A stretch of 45,119 nt of DNA. Source: Paraphysomonas bandaiensis. Its lineage: Eukaryota; Protista; Chrysophyceae. The DNA lies in assembly GCA_965644295.1 (NCBI GenBank), contig CBFFRP010000233.1, positions 1 through 45,119 on the forward strand, written 5' to 3'. A program made the translations under genes and the position numbers. The first letter of the stretch is position 1; every line of letters starts with the position of its first letter. Below, piece after piece: positions 13,523 to 27,585 of the stretch. The notes under the pieces are model-generated. The model was given only the letters and a program-made list of their open reading frames with translations. It was not told the DNA's origin and searched no databases.

Positions 13523-14065
13523 TGAAGCAGAGCGTGCAGGCGTTGCTATTAGTATATCGAATTGATATTTTGATTTTTGCTTTGCTACGTACAAATATTT
13601 AAGATATTTATTTGTATCATGTAGGTAAACACGTTGGGGTACTCAATTTTATTGGTTGCAAGTAACTATATAACGACGAACGCGCACTTGATTTCTGTAT
13701 ATGTATTTCTTTAACTTTCAAATTACAGTGCAGTCATATTAGTACACTGGTATAGCACAATACTCTCTGGGATCTATTATATTCAACCTAGTCAATTTGG
13801 TGTAATTACTGTATACATGAGATACGATAATATATTCAAAATCTGTTGACGCGAATAGTTTTCTAAAATGGTTTAGTTAGACAGCCTGCTTCTTGATAGG
13901 GCAGTAATCAGTAAATATAGCAAAAGCCTATTCGTTTGTAATTTTCTGACATCAATGAATGTTAATGTCCGTTTCTTTAATTATCGAAATCGAAAAGAAA
14001 TCAAATATACTAATACTACAATATTCCAAAGTTCAAATTTCAAAGAAGCAATGAATTTCAAAGCC

Positions 14066-15281
14066 TTAAGACTTTCGTCGAACTATTCGCTGATTTCCAT
14101 AGTAGTGTATAACATTATTGGGATCTGAAGAAGGACCATAGCAGGGGTTGGACTCTCTCTTTGTACTAGATGAAGAACTTTCACTGCCTAACACACGTGG
14201 TGGCGGTGGAGGTGGAGGTGGAGGTGGAGGAGGAGGTAGTCCCTGTTGTTGGTCACACTGCGCGAAGTTGTTCGTAGCTTCTCCAGATTCTGGAAGTATG
14301 CTTCGTTCAAGGTGGAACGCGTTTGTATGGTCTATTTCTGAACTGAACATCGCATCGAATGATACGTCATCGAAGTTAAAAAGTGGAGAACTTGTCCGTA
14401 TCTGCGGAGAAGTGTCAAAGCTTATTAGATCAACTTCTTCAACATTCTCCTTAGTGCACTTCTCTTTGACGAGTAGATGCTTATCCTTCGCTGGTTCTGC
14501 TTTCGATTCACACTCCCATTTAGTTTCTTCTTCAATTTCTGGCGTGTCTTCCCTATACTTCTCATCCCAACCATACTCCTCCCAGTCACCATCACCAGCC
14601 TCATTTTCGGCAATTAGCAATTTCTCACGATCTGTGATAGGTCCTAAGAAAATCGGTACCCTAGTTTTATCGTACTGAGGACGAGAAAACGACACATATG
14701 ACTTAGCTCGTAGCCTCATGTAAGTACCGTAGATATGAGGATACAGATATTTACGACTTTCAAAGGCCTCACCTGTCATAAGTATATGATTTCGAATAAT
14801 TACACAATTGCTCCTTACCCCATGCTTGAATCGTGTCAAGTCCATAGTCAGCAAGACGCTTAGCTTGATGGCTTCCTTTCAATAGCCACACACGCGACAC
14901 TCTGCTGAGAGTAGACATGAACTTCTTTCTACCTACAAGAATATGAATCTTTGGACCACAATTCTTTACCATAGCATCAATTAATGTGATAGTGCGATAT
15001 ACGATCTGCTTGTTAATAGATGTGAGCTGTATTCGTATGTATTCCATGAGCTCTTTCAGTACATCCATTGAGACGGACACAGACTGGACATGATCCGTTA
15101 TATCAAGTAACAATGATTGATTAATTTTTGGTAATGTAATGAACTCATTTGCTTTAGCTTTCAGGGTTAGATAGTGTTCATGTGAGGTGGGAGGAAGATC
15201 ATTACCTAACCAGTTAATTGGACGGTTAAAGAACACGAGATCACTAGAGAGTAACACTCGGCCTATTTGGAGGGTATTCAT
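14066..15281 (-). CDS. VHS-domain protein (TOM1/TOL-like trafficking adaptor) with a low-complexity, poly-Pro C-terminus, 389 aa; exons 15281-14819, 14772-14066
   Basis: VHS motif (ITLIDAMVKNCGPKIHILVGRKKFM ... LDTIQAWG|EAF..YPHIYGTYMRLRAK) is completed across a 46-nt intron at 14773-14818. The tail has a clathrin-box-like DLISFD and a poly-Pro tract. Confidence 0.85.
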
Positions 15282-16818
15282 GATTGTCTAGGGGGGGAGA
15301 ATAGGCTGGTGTGTATAGTAGAAGGGGGTGGGATGGGTGTGTATATATATGTGTATGTATGTTATGGAGGGTTTGGTCTATGGATCATATGGTGAACTCT
15401 AGTGGGGCATGTCTCTACAGGGATTTCTATATGTTAGCATTCCTCAATCAAGTGAACTTCAAAAGAACACTTCCTGAAGTGTTACATTATTCAAGTATAG
15501 GATGAGATGAACCAATCAAGTGGTGTATACAGTATATGGATTGGATAGAAATGAATTGTTGGGTGCTGTTGAATTAATAACGAATAGATTAAGTAAGGAA
15601 TGTTTTTATTGGTTATTTATATATACTGGTTTTTAGTACTGTGTACATGTGCTGACCATAAATATCAGTGTAGGGCAAGTCAAAACTGAAAATCCTTCCA
15701 CACACACATACAAACATCCATCAGCACAGCGGTATTCTTATTAATACAGGAGCGGTATTATTGCAACTGATATGCATAGCGATATATACATACATGTACA
15801 TACATATATGCATGATACATGCATGTGCATCATGGGATCCAGATACACAATAAGAGCGAGATATCTATCTCGTTAGAGACTATGCTGTCTCTTAACTGGT
15901 GCGCATACTCAAACATTCCATAGAAATGCATTTCATAGAGTCCAACTATCAGTAGATGGTAAGCTTGTATGTTGATGCCTTACGGACTCACATCACTGAC
16001 AAAAGCGAAACAAAGCCAAAGTGAGAGCTGTAGTTCTATGTCGCTTTTAGACTAGTCTCTTGTTGCTAAGGGTCCAGCAGTTATGGTTGCTGCTTCTGAT
16101 TGATGTATAGTTGTTGTAGTTGTGTCACATGATGTGGACTGTTGCTGTTACATGTATGCACGATATATCTATATATTGCTGCTAACTAATTTGTATGATG
16201 CTATGGACGCATATGATTATTTATACCATCATTTCGACTCAACTCCACCCACCGTCTATCCTTTTATTTGTACAACTCTAAATGAACAATTACCCAAATA
16301 CCGCTAGGAAAATTAAACACTGGAATTTATGGAAGTGAAACACTCAATATTAGATTACTATAGACCATACACTATCTAGAGATATGCCCCTGTCATTAAG
16401 CAGTATGAGCATACATACGTGGCCCCTTTTGGCACTATTTATACTACATACTACAGTATCTGGAGTCATAGAATTAGTACAGTATATATTTCAGCTCCAT
16501 GGTGGCAAGTGATAAAACTCTACATCATTACTTTTCTAAAGCTACCACTCTTTGTATTGTGTTGTTCTTTTACAGAATAGCAAAAATAGTAGCGATGACA
16601 GCTTGATGCAGGAGTGATATGAAGATGAAGCATATTCAATCAAGAACAAGATATACTTATAGTGTTACTGAGATCGAATTACAAGTATATAGTGCTTTCC
16701 ACTATTCTGCTTATCACACATTTACACTCATTGCTAAATGAACATACAGACAATCTCATACAACAAACCCACTGCTCTTAAAGTCACCAAATCATCAATG
16801 CAGTCCAACATATAAACC

Positions 16819-19800
16819 TCACAGATTCGGTGATTTCGATGAAATTGGGCTCAATTGGTGTCGTTGCATATCTTTCCAGACTGCACTCCCTTCGGGAAGA
16901 GATTTTGAAGGTGACATCTTTTTAACTCTTTTCTTGCGTTTGACAGAACTGGACACTTTGCGCTGGTGGCCAGTATTGCTCCACGACCTCTGTAAATCTT
17001 CATCATCGTTTGTCTCAGATGCATTACTAGCGTATCTCGTCAACTCATGAATCTTCGTTTCTGCAGTATTCTTAGGCAAGGAATCCTGTGATATCGGTAC
17101 TTCAATGAGGTCGCCTGTGCGATCATCGTTCACCACATCCCTCATTAATACTGTGGGGTACGGAAGTTCAACCTTTACTTGGGCTGACATTCCACCTGGC
17201 TCCTGCGAAACTGGGTGCATCGTAATCATATATTCAAAAGCAGAGTAATCTCGTGCTATCACAGCCTCTTCGTGCTCTGTTAGTCGCAAATAACCGATAG
17301 CATTAAGATCTTCTAGCGAGGTTCCACGGAATGTCCCCGCAGTGCTTGTCGTGGCCTGCGAGCTTTCTAAGTCGTCCACAATCTCTACCCCATGTGTCTC
17401 CCTTTTTCGCATGAGACCATCTTTAATCATCACTTTCAACGACTTGACACTTTGCATGGCAAGCAGCTCCTTCGCCGGTGCGGATACTCCACTCAAGTTA
17501 GATACAACAGACCCGTTTTGATTCGGTTCCACCAACACCACTGATCCTCTTCTGTTTGACGACGAAGCTTGTGCACTTTCTTTCATCTCTTCCGCTTTCA
17601 ACGCCAAAAGCAATAGTGAGGCAACAGTGCCATTCTTTACAGAAGTGTTTTCAGATAAGTGACCGAGCGCAGTAGAGCACTGCGACTGAGTGTCTGCATA
17701 AGGTGATTGTGACAGTATTACTAGCAAGTCAATGGCTCCTTGAGCGACCAGAGGTTCTCTACACTCTCTGGAGCTCGCAAGATTACCGAGAGCGCATACC
17801 ATTTCGTGGCGGACGATGTCGTTGAGTCCATCTAACACGCTCAAAAATATCTTCACAACTAGTCCATCTACTATCATTTCCCGGCATTCCGGAGTGAGAG
17901 ATACCAACTGAATAGCCATAACAATGTCATAAATGGTGTCCTGGCCAAGCCGATACCTAACACTTCGCCTCTTCTTTTGTGATGCTGTCTCCTCTTTACC
18001 ATCCACTTTACCGTCATTTTCTATGACCATACTCTCTCCGTCATCAAGATCATCTCCATCTGGCTCAGCAGTAAGATCCTCGTTGTCTACGTCTCCATCA
18101 TTCTTATTTTCTACCTCAACTTCAGTCACACTTTTAATCATTGTCATCATTCCCTCATTGATCAAAGACTCATGCAAATCAGGGTCCTTCCCTAAATTGT
18201 GAAACATAAGCATTGCTGAACTCGTCAAGACGGTGCTATTAGCTGCGTACTCGCGCATCAAAAAATTCAGCATCGGTAAGCCATCTTGCTCAACGATGAA
18301 CTTACAAACTTTGCTTGTACATGACAAGTTTCGCATCAGCATACCAATCATTTCCGCTGCAGATTGTGAGCATAACCCCTGTCTATGCAAAATATGAAGT
18401 GCGAGCATTACATGCTCTGACTCAAGGATCAACTCCGCATGATCCTTTGATAGTGATAGTAGGCAGAGGCACCTGCACACTTCCTCCGCTAAGCGTACAT
18501 TGTTGACCTTCCCTTCAATCACTGCACCTACAAGAGCCGACACACAACCTTTCTCAATTAACGTAGTTCTGTAACATTTAGATTGACTTAAACAAGAAAA
18601 TGCGTTCAAAGCACATTCGAATGCAGTTTTGTTGGATGTTTTCGCAATAAGAACCAGTACAGGTACAATGGGCTCACGTGACACAAACTTCTCAAGCTCT
18701 GATGCCTGGGCCAAAATAATTATCACTCTTGCCGTTCCTTCGCGCAGATTCTCGTATTCCAGTGTTGCTATTATCTTAAGAACGGATAGAGCACCGGCAC
18801 GAATTACCAAGTGACGACTTACGTCATCAGCAAGTAGATTGAAAACAGCCATTCCCATCAATACTCGAGTTTTTCCAGAATACGCCTTCACGAGAGCAAA
18901 TAAAGACTGCAATACAGATCGCTTCTGTACTATTGTTTCACGACCTTTCTCAGAGGCACTTAACATAAGAAATCCTCTGGCACATATGTACTGGGTATGA
19001 GAATCATCTAGCAGCGACATGGTAGAAAAAGCACGAATCACACCAGACTCAATAACAGCCTCCATGTTCTCGTCAGAAATCATATTCAATAGAGCACGCG
19101 CGCAAAGCTGCTTCGTGCCATTAGACACCGAACGGACCAAACAAATCATAAGCGTCGTCTGTAATATGTTATTTTCAATCATCAAGGTATGCATATTCAC
19201 GGTACAAGTCAAGTTACAAATGGACTTCGCACATAACTCCTGAATTCTCTCACTCGTGGCCCCTGACAGAGACGCAATTACATCAACAACTCCTTTCGAA
19301 ATCATCCTTTTCCTGCATTCCTCGTCCACAGATATGTTGCACAAACACGTAGCGACCAATTCTCGTGTCATTATATCATCTGATCTTGTCATTTGAAAAA
19401 GTACACTAAGAACATTGTCATCAGATAGCCCGACATGGGCTGCCTTATCATACGACAACACAGTCAACACAGCACAACCGAAGCGTGACAACTCAATCTC
19501 ATCAGCAAATCGTACAGTGATATTAGCAATGCGGGCAATAAGAGAGTTCGATAGGATTTCATCGTGGCATATATCGTTTTCGAGGAGAGCGCGGATACTA
19601 CTGATCGCGTTGCTTAGGACTCCGGCGTCATCGTTATCAAGCATATCAAACAATATCGTCGCAATCCTCTTTCTTCTTCCAGAATCTATGACGCGGATCT
19701 GAAGGCTGATACGACATACGCCCACGCAACAACTCTCCAATACTCTGGTGTCAGTTTTCCCACTTTCTATTAGGGTGAGATTCAAGTTCAGCATTTCATC

Positions 19801-21411
19801 GAGGAGTTTCTCACGCTCCAGTTCTTTTATGTATTTCGTTTCCTGTGTCAGCTGGGCGAAGGCTTGCACGAGGGCACGGATCGACGCTGGATCCCGAACA
19901 GTATATCCCGCTTGTACAGCCTTCCCAGCAAGTACCATCAGGAGCGACGTGTCCTCACTACAAAGTGATAGTTAGATATAGCATTAATTTCAGTTAGGCA
20001 TGACTCACATAAGATCACTGAAAAACATCATCGATGTAGTTATGATGGAATAGAACTGGGAAAGTGCATTCGAGCATAGAAGTAGACGTGGAAGAGACTT
20101 CACGATCCGTACGGCAAGACGAGGAATACCGCGCATATTTTCTTTTACAAACATATGAAAGCATGCCGCTGCATACTGCAGCGCCACCTCATCATATGTC
20201 TGGTGAATGACATCAGTCACAACATTCACAGCAATCTCGAATATCGTCGACGGGTACGTGTGAATTACAAAGAGAAGATTGTGAATAGACTTAATCACCA
20301 GAAGTCTACTTGAGTCATTACAATAAGGAAGCAGCTGCTGCAGTAGCTCAATCGCACCCTTGCTGATCATATCACTACGACAGTGCAACTGATCCGAGAG
20401 TTGTGCTATACAGGTCGCTATGTTGAGCACAATTGCATTCCTCTCATCCGCATTTTCTCTGTGTCCCAATGAGTTAATTACTGCGGAAAACGTCTGAAGT
20501 ATTCCATCTTCAATTATTCTCATTCTCAAAGATGGAAAGCGAGAACAGTTTCGTATGCCCCCGACAATGGCTGGAGTGGCATCGAAGTTGATATTAGGAA
20601 GAGTCAACAGGGCTTTAACAATTCTCTCCATCCCTTTGAAGAGCTCGTTTACACACGTCAAGTTGTAAAGCGCCTGAACACAGGTAGGGGCAAGTCTCTG
20701 GTTTCTCACACCCAAGAGGATAACAAGGGCAAGTACTGCCCCTTCCTTTGCCATTGTGCTCTCTCCACCGTATTGCATCGACAAGTTGCACAGAGTTTGG
20801 GCACATAGTTTGGCGATTTTCCTAACAGTGATGTATCAGACAAAGAAGTATGAAAATATATAATGTTACCAGTGTCTGACAGACATAGCAATGGTGATAA
20901 CCCCAGTTGCGCTTCCAAGAGCCATTAGCTCAGCCCTATTAGCCTCCCGACATGAGAGGTGATACAGCGCGCTTGCACAACACTGCTTTATGCGGTGGTC
21001 ATCGGTGCCGGCAAGCGCAATTAGAGCATGTACGGCGCCTTCTTGTAGCAAATACTCGTCGTTTGCCGGATTTACACTCCAGTTTCTAATTGTGAGGGCC
21101 AAGCGATGGCGAGGATTTATGACTTCATCAGCTTCAGTTTCCGAATCACTGCTTCCATCAAGAATATCAATGGTTTCAACAGATTTATCCTCCACTGAAA
21201 CATCATCATTTCTATCATCACGTCGTGTGAGTGCTGCACTCCTTATAGCTCTCTCTTGTACTCTTGACCGGTAGAGCATACCGAGCATTGAGTTCTCTCC
21301 TCCCATTGAGGACCCGAATATATCACCACAAAGCTTTTTCTTAAAGGGAGATGTTTGATTTTCATTTGATATTCTGTGGTCTGATGCACGAACATTCAGA
21401 GCGGGTAGCAT
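16819..21411 (-). CDS. Large armadillo (ARM) repeat protein, ~1497 aa; exons 21411-20870, 20821-20009, 19957-16819
   Basis: Many ARM-type repeats (GAVHALIALA..CASALYHLS; ELCAKSICNLT; CALGNLAS). Introns at 20822-20869 and 19958-20008 join three ORFs in frame. Confidence 0.9.
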
Positions 21412-22113
21412 GACAGTTCTCAGATCTACTAACTCGACTGCTCTCTATATGAGTGATGTCTGTACAGTTCGTCTCTTATGTTCGATACAGTCTCTATTCA
21501 AACAATCTGCATGAAAGAATTCAATCAACTACCATTCACATGTATGTATCTTATGCTGTTTGGTGTTGTTTAAGAGCGAGGGGGTCTGCATGTTATCATG
21601 TGAGGGGTGTGTATGGTTATATATGTGTATATACACTGCAGTTAACAGCAACAAAAATATGTAACTTACACTGTATTCTATGTATACAGTGCGTATACTG
21701 CTGGATGTGATGTAACTGGAACGGTATTATGATGTATATCTGGAATACCAGAGTACTGTACTACTGACGACGATAGTGCGTAGGTACATATATGAGGTCT
21801 GCTACGGTGGTACGTATGTATAGTGTATACAGCAGTACCTATACACACATATGACAGCACGCATATCATACCACACTGTGTGTAGGTCTCTATGCCTACA
21901 TACTGCTGTACATGTACATGTAGATAACACTCACAGCACACACTCAACTCAACCGAAGCTCCACTCCAGTAACACACTCATCATCTCTACAGCACTATAG
22001 TGCCCTTATACATATTATCAGCTGATCGTGATTCAGTAGTGAATATCACGACGCTAGATGCTCTATAATTATATATAAACTACACAGCGTGTTATAGTCC
22101 GTTACTATTCAAT

Positions 22114-23211
22114 ATGAGTGAGATAGAAGGGGCTTATATGGATAGTTTAAAGCTACTGGATGCTACAATCCGATCCCATAGACAACAGAGGTATAATCTT
22201 GAATTGGCTCTTGAAGTTGCACCGGTATGTTGTGAATATATGTGTGCAGTGTATTATGAGCTAACGTAACTCTATAGCGAAACTCCAGATACTCCAATAA
22301 CTTAATAAATCTGATGCAGCGAGAAGAAATCAGTCTAAGGGAAGGCCGACAGTGCTCAGACTTGTCGCGTGAGGTTGAAGCTGCGCTCGCGTCTGAAACT
22401 AGGGCATTTTTTTCTCGCATGTCTGATTCGAATGTGAAGAGATGGAATGTATTGCTGTCAAAATCCCAAAAGGAGAAGGATGCACTCATACGATTAGTAA
22501 GAGAAAAATGTCGTGTTCATTTTTCCGACAACTTTGTCGATGATAATTCCCGCCCTAGGGAAGTCACACCGATCGATCTCGAGATCGAATCTTTGCGATT
22601 GGAGCAGGAGTACAACAGACACTGGAAAGACATTGAAGAGTTTCATATTAACGAAGCTTTTAAGTCTCAAAAAGCGCGTATTGATGCAGAGTGGGGCATG
22701 CATTTGGATGGTCTAAATGACTCTTACGATAAGAAGATCCGGTCTGTGACTGGAGATGAGAGAGGAGAGGCGTCTCGAAATGCAGCAACACAGTCATCCT
22801 CCAACGGACGGTGGCACAATGCGGAAAAACAGAAGACGCTTATTCATACCGCGCCAGTACTGTCTCCAAACACCAATGGTATGGCAGTGGGCTCTGGTGT
22901 AAGAGCTGTGCGCAAGAAAGGAAAGGAATCCGCAGCCACAAGAGCTGAGGTACTATACACCACATAAATATTGTTTTTACTTATTATGATGATATCAGAT
23001 TGAGCGTATTGACAGGCAGCATAAGCATATGGTGAACAGTCTTATGGCACAGAAAGCGAACGCCGTTCGCTGGATGCGCCACCAGGAGACGCGACTTATC
23101 TCTCAAAGCGCTGAAACCCATGCTTCCCGTTTACCCATTGCTAAACTGCTGGAGATCGAGCTCGCATTACTGCATAATTTTAGGTCCCTAATTTTGAACT
23201 CATCGCATTAA
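22114..23211 (+). CDS. Hypothetical coiled-coil protein, 331 aa; exons 22114-22224, 22278-22949, 22999-23211
   Basis: Two phase-0 GT-AG introns (22225-22277, 22950-22998) give one continuous ORF from ATG 22114. It is rich in charged helical segments; no family recognised. Confidence 0.75.
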
Positions 23212-23356
23212 TGACAGGGAGACGGATATGGTTTGTGGCTATTATATGTCGGTGGTACAGTTGTGAAGTGTAGCATGCAATGGATGCCGTGCACGCATAG
23301 GACCTCTGTGCTGACCGAATTAGGGCAGTGTTTCATCTGTGATATGAAGTAAACGT

Positions 23357-23427
23357 GTTTTTGTAGCTAGTTGTACTGTTTTTGTGGCTAGTTCTACTGT
23401 TTTTGTAACTAGTTGTACTGTTTTTGT
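23357..23427. repeat. 21-bp minisatellite, ~3.4 copies (GTTTTTGTAGCTAGTTGTACT)
   Basis: Three near-identical direct units seen in the 3' region of the coiled-coil gene. Confidence 0.85.
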
Positions 23428-24162
23428 CTGCTACTGATAATAAGTTCCAATTTATTATTCTAATCTTTGAGAACTGTTATTGTGTTATGAGAATATATAA
23501 TATCGTATCAGATGGGCTTGTATATTGTAGATTACTTGCTGACGGCAATGATATCTATATACGATATAGTTAGATGTAATCTACTGTTAATTATTAACAA
23601 TTGATATGAACACGACATGGTGCGTAGCAGCTACCTGTAGAATAGGGATTTATTACCAATATTTTTACAAGCATATCGGTTTTTGCTGATTCATACAATA
23701 ACACTGTTGTACTATTAGTAGTAGTATTCATAGCAGAATAGATAATAATACTATGGACGAGTATACCAATGTCTTGGCATGTAATGCTCACACTCATAAG
23801 AACTCAAGAATGCAGTGTCAACATAGTTTCAACAAGGCGTAAGTCATACGCGATATACAGTTATATATACAGTAACATATACTGCAGTTGAACGAATATC
23901 TGGCTATAGTTAACATCTAGTTTACAGTTGCTGTGTGTCATCACATGTCAGTGTATGTGAATCAGAAGAGAAGAGGGTGGTTACTATATAGGGATAGCAC
24001 GAGTTGATGTGTTGGGATGTCTTATGCATGAGATTAGGTGTTGATATAACTGCATGGAAATGATCTGAACCTGACAGCCATATTGCGTTAAGCTGTTAGA
24101 GGGATTGTTAAAGTACGTCATAGCTATACACTCATGTGGTATAGAGCCTTCATAGATACACA

Positions 24163-24316
24163 TACCTATACATAGATATCCAGCAGTACATACAGCAGTA
24201 CCTACACACATACACAGTACCTATACATAGATATCCAGCAGTACACACAGTACCTATACACATACACAGTACCTATACATAGATATCCAGCAGTACACAC
24301 AGTACCTATACATACA
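24163..24316. repeat. ~52-55-bp tandem repeat x3 upstream of the pseudouridine-catabolism gene
   Basis: TACCTATACATAGATATCCAGCAGTACA recurs at about 24163, 24218 and 24270. Confidence 0.85.
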
Positions 24317-24426
24317 TGTGATTAGTATCACTCGCGATATATCGCTACTTAGACAAGTGCCTATATATCACAGCGATGAGATAGAACACAGACAGAGATT
24401 ACCCTCCACCTCTCTCATCCTTCACC

Positions 24427-26710
24427 ATGCGGGCGATATTCCGTAAACCCTTTCTTCGTCAACCTATACGGACTGTATTTACAGACATTCATGTTCATCC
24501 TGCTATATCTGAAGCCATACAAGCAAACAAGCCCATTGTAGCCCTTGAATCCACTATTATCAGCCATGGAATGCCTTATCCGAAGAATCTTGAGGTGGCT
24601 CTTGCATTGGAAGATACGATTAAGATGGCAGGAGCTGTTCCTTGTACGACAGCTATTATAGATGGCTTTCCAAGAGTTGGATTAGAAGCATCTGAGTTTG
24701 AGTTGTTGGCGTCAGGGAAAACTCCTGTGCTGAAGGCATCTCGGCGTGATATTGCACATGCATGTGCGAATCGATTAAATGCTGGTATGTATGCTTGTGT
24801 TTTGTGTGATGACTGTTGATGTGTTGTTTGAAGCCACTACTGTATCAAGCACCATGTTATTGGCTGCCATGGCTGGTGTTCGGGTATTTGCTACCGGGGG
24901 TATTGGTGGCGTGCACAGAGGGGCGGAAGTAACGATGGACATATCCGCAGACTTGACTGAACTGTCTCGAACCCCCGTCACAGTTGTGTGCTCTGGCGTA
25001 AAATCTATTCTAGATATACCTAAAACACTGGAAGTGTTGGAAACACTAGGGGTTCCAGTTTACGGATACAAGACGGATGAATTCCCTGCATTCTTCACGA
25101 ATAGTAGTGGGGTAAAGTCGCCCTTGGTAGCAAATTCTAGTCTAGCGATTGCTCGAGCAATGGCATGTCAGGACGATTTGCGGGGCCTTTCAGGAGAGCA
25201 GGGTATGCTGGTGGCGGTCCCGAATCCGAACCCAGCTGATACTGAGTCTATAGAAGCTGCGGTACACAGCGCTCTTACTGCTGCTGCTGAAAAAGGCATA
25301 TCTGGAGCAGCTGTAACTCCGTTTGTTCTCAGCTATGTGAAGGAATTAACTGAAGGACGCTCCTTGGAGGCTAATGTCGCGCTAGTCATGAACAATGCGA
25401 AGGTTGCGGCGCAGATTGCAGTAGAGTATGCCCCACTATCTCCCAGGAGGCCATCCACTCGCCCAGTTCCCTCTACTAAGCATGCTGTCCCCGATGTCAA
25501 AACTTCTGTGCCCTCTTCTCAGCCCCATACCCGCGCAGTGCCGGACACAGTAGCTAGTAGTTCCCACTCAGTCGTAGTATTTGGGGCTGCGGTGGTAGAT
25601 CACGTAATTGCGCCACAAACTGGTGTCCCTCTACTAATGGGTACCTCCAATCCAGGTGTCGTTAGCACTAACTATGGAGGTGTAGGACGCAACATCGCTG
25701 AGTCTTTAGCTCGACTCGGAGGATGCCGCCCCCACCTTGTGTCGGTTGTAGGTGGCGACATAGCTGGTGGGGGAGTACTACAACATGCCGAAGGTGCAGG
25801 AGTGGATGTATCTGGGGTTGTCCGCGCAGGTGACCGGACTGCAACTTATGTGGCGGTGCATGATCATGAAGGCGACCTCGTGCTGGCGGTGGCTGATATG
25901 GATATATTTCAGAAGTATATTACTCCAGAGTTGGTGCGCTTTGCCCGAGAAAAGATAGCGGCGGCGGAGCTTGTTGTTGTTGATGGTAATCTCTCTGTTG
26001 AAAGCTTTGTAGCTGTTGCTTCTTCATGCCACGAATACGATGTGCCACTATTTTTTGAACCCACATCTGTGCCTAAGTGTACCCTGCCCGTTCTGGCAAA
26101 GTCACTGGACAAGGTTGGTGCTGATTCAAAATATGTTTTTGTGACTTAACATTTCTGATATCAGATCGATATAATAAAGCCGAATATTGCTGAGTTATGT
26201 GCAATAATTGAAAGCGTTTTATCCTGTGACTCTATGGTTTTTCCTGGAAAGGCAGCACTACATCTTACTCTGGATAGATTAAAGAATAGTAAACCGGGGT
26301 CAGTTTCAGTGTCAGATGTGCGCCAGATGGCATGCGGCCTACTCAGCATTATGCTGTCGGGGAACAAACCTCGAGGAACTGTGCGGCAAACACGGCGTGT
26401 GACAGGCAAGCATGTTATTGTGTCTATGGGTAGAGACGGGGTGTTGTGGGCGGGACCTCCTCGACAGCTAGGACAAGATGCTGACACTGATGTCAATGAC
26501 ATGATAGCTTGCCGCCATATATCTGTCACGAAAATCCCTGATGGTGAAATCAAGAACACAAGCGGGGCTGGAGATTCCTTTTGTGCCGGTATTATACACG
26601 GCTTGATGCCAGGGCGTGGATCAGGACCGAATTTGCAGACTATTATTAGTGGTATTCAGAATGCTGAGAAAGCCTTGCGCTCTGATAGTACAGTCCCACA
26701 GTCTAAGTAA
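24427..26710 (+). CDS. Bifunctional pseudouridine-5'-phosphate glycosidase (PsuG/IndA family) + pseudouridine kinase (PfkB family), 727 aa; exons 24427-24784, 24834-26113, 26165-26710
   Basis: PsuG motifs PIVALESTIISHGMPYP, ATTVS, VFATGGIGGVHRG, DISADL.EL and GVKSILDIPKTLE.LET. PfkB motifs GGVGRNIAE.LARLG, IKPN..EL and NTSGAGDSF. Introns at 24785-24833 and 26114-26164 restore the frame. Confidence 0.95.
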
Positions 26711-27585
26711 TCCATTTTTCTAATATATATTTAGTTTAGGGCAAATATAGTACTGATATCACCAATGATTTAGTGCAGCCTTGTCTCCCGAAGATTATAA
26801 GATCTGTTGCTTTTGTTTCCTCAATACTTGCGTTGTATGTGCTACCATATACCATGTAGGGACTTAGCACTTTACACTTTACATATCCCCATACATGTAG
26901 AAACTCTTATTACTATTACAGCCATGTAAATAAAGTTTTACATTACTCGATATAGAATAGATCAATATTCAAGAACAGATCACCATAAGCGTTTTGAGGA
27001 TAATATACAATTTAATATTAAGTTAAGGAGTATTGCCCCTTAGTCCCTTATATCTTGTCTAAAACTTTAGAAAGCGGGCTTTTGCACTCATTTCAAAATT
27101 TGACCACGAGACGTTATGATAAGATGATAAGCTCCCCTAATTTTCTGAGTAATACACATAATTGCACATAAGAGTTTCCATATTATTTCGAAATTCGCAA
27201 ACTGCATATTTAGTACGACCATATCATATTGATAGTATCATTTGATACAAGCAATCTGGATATTAAATTACTAGCCAAGAGTTTTTTCCGGAGTTGTCAG
27301 ATGGAAGCATGTCATTCTCTCTAACGTCTATGGTATTGAGTATTGATCCACATCTCGAGTGCTTCTGTCACTGGCTGAACTGATTCTAATACGGAAAGGG
27401 CACCCTTTCTATCCTTATTCCATTGACCAGTACTTAACTCAATGAATGTCTGTAGTATTAACCGCGTTGTATCAATAGTAGTGTTAAGTATGTAAGTCAT
27501 AATTCAGCATGCATATTGTTTCATCAATATACAATTATTTCATCCTTACTTATGAACACAATAAGCTACAACACAACACACACAT

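Noticed and set aside
14148-14678. Poly-Gly ORF and the many other antisense ORFs overlapping long genes
   Set aside because: Shadows of the true CDS on the opposite strand or frame; no independent motifs.
24060-24100. TGAACCTGA resembling part of a TPP riboswitch
   Set aside because: Lacks the upstream CUGAGA and the downstream AAU.CC.GCG.AGGGA elements.
26699-26710. C-terminal S-K-stop as a cryptic PTS1 (SKL)
   Set aside because: Readthrough or TAA>TTA would not leave SKL terminal, because the next codon is not a stop.
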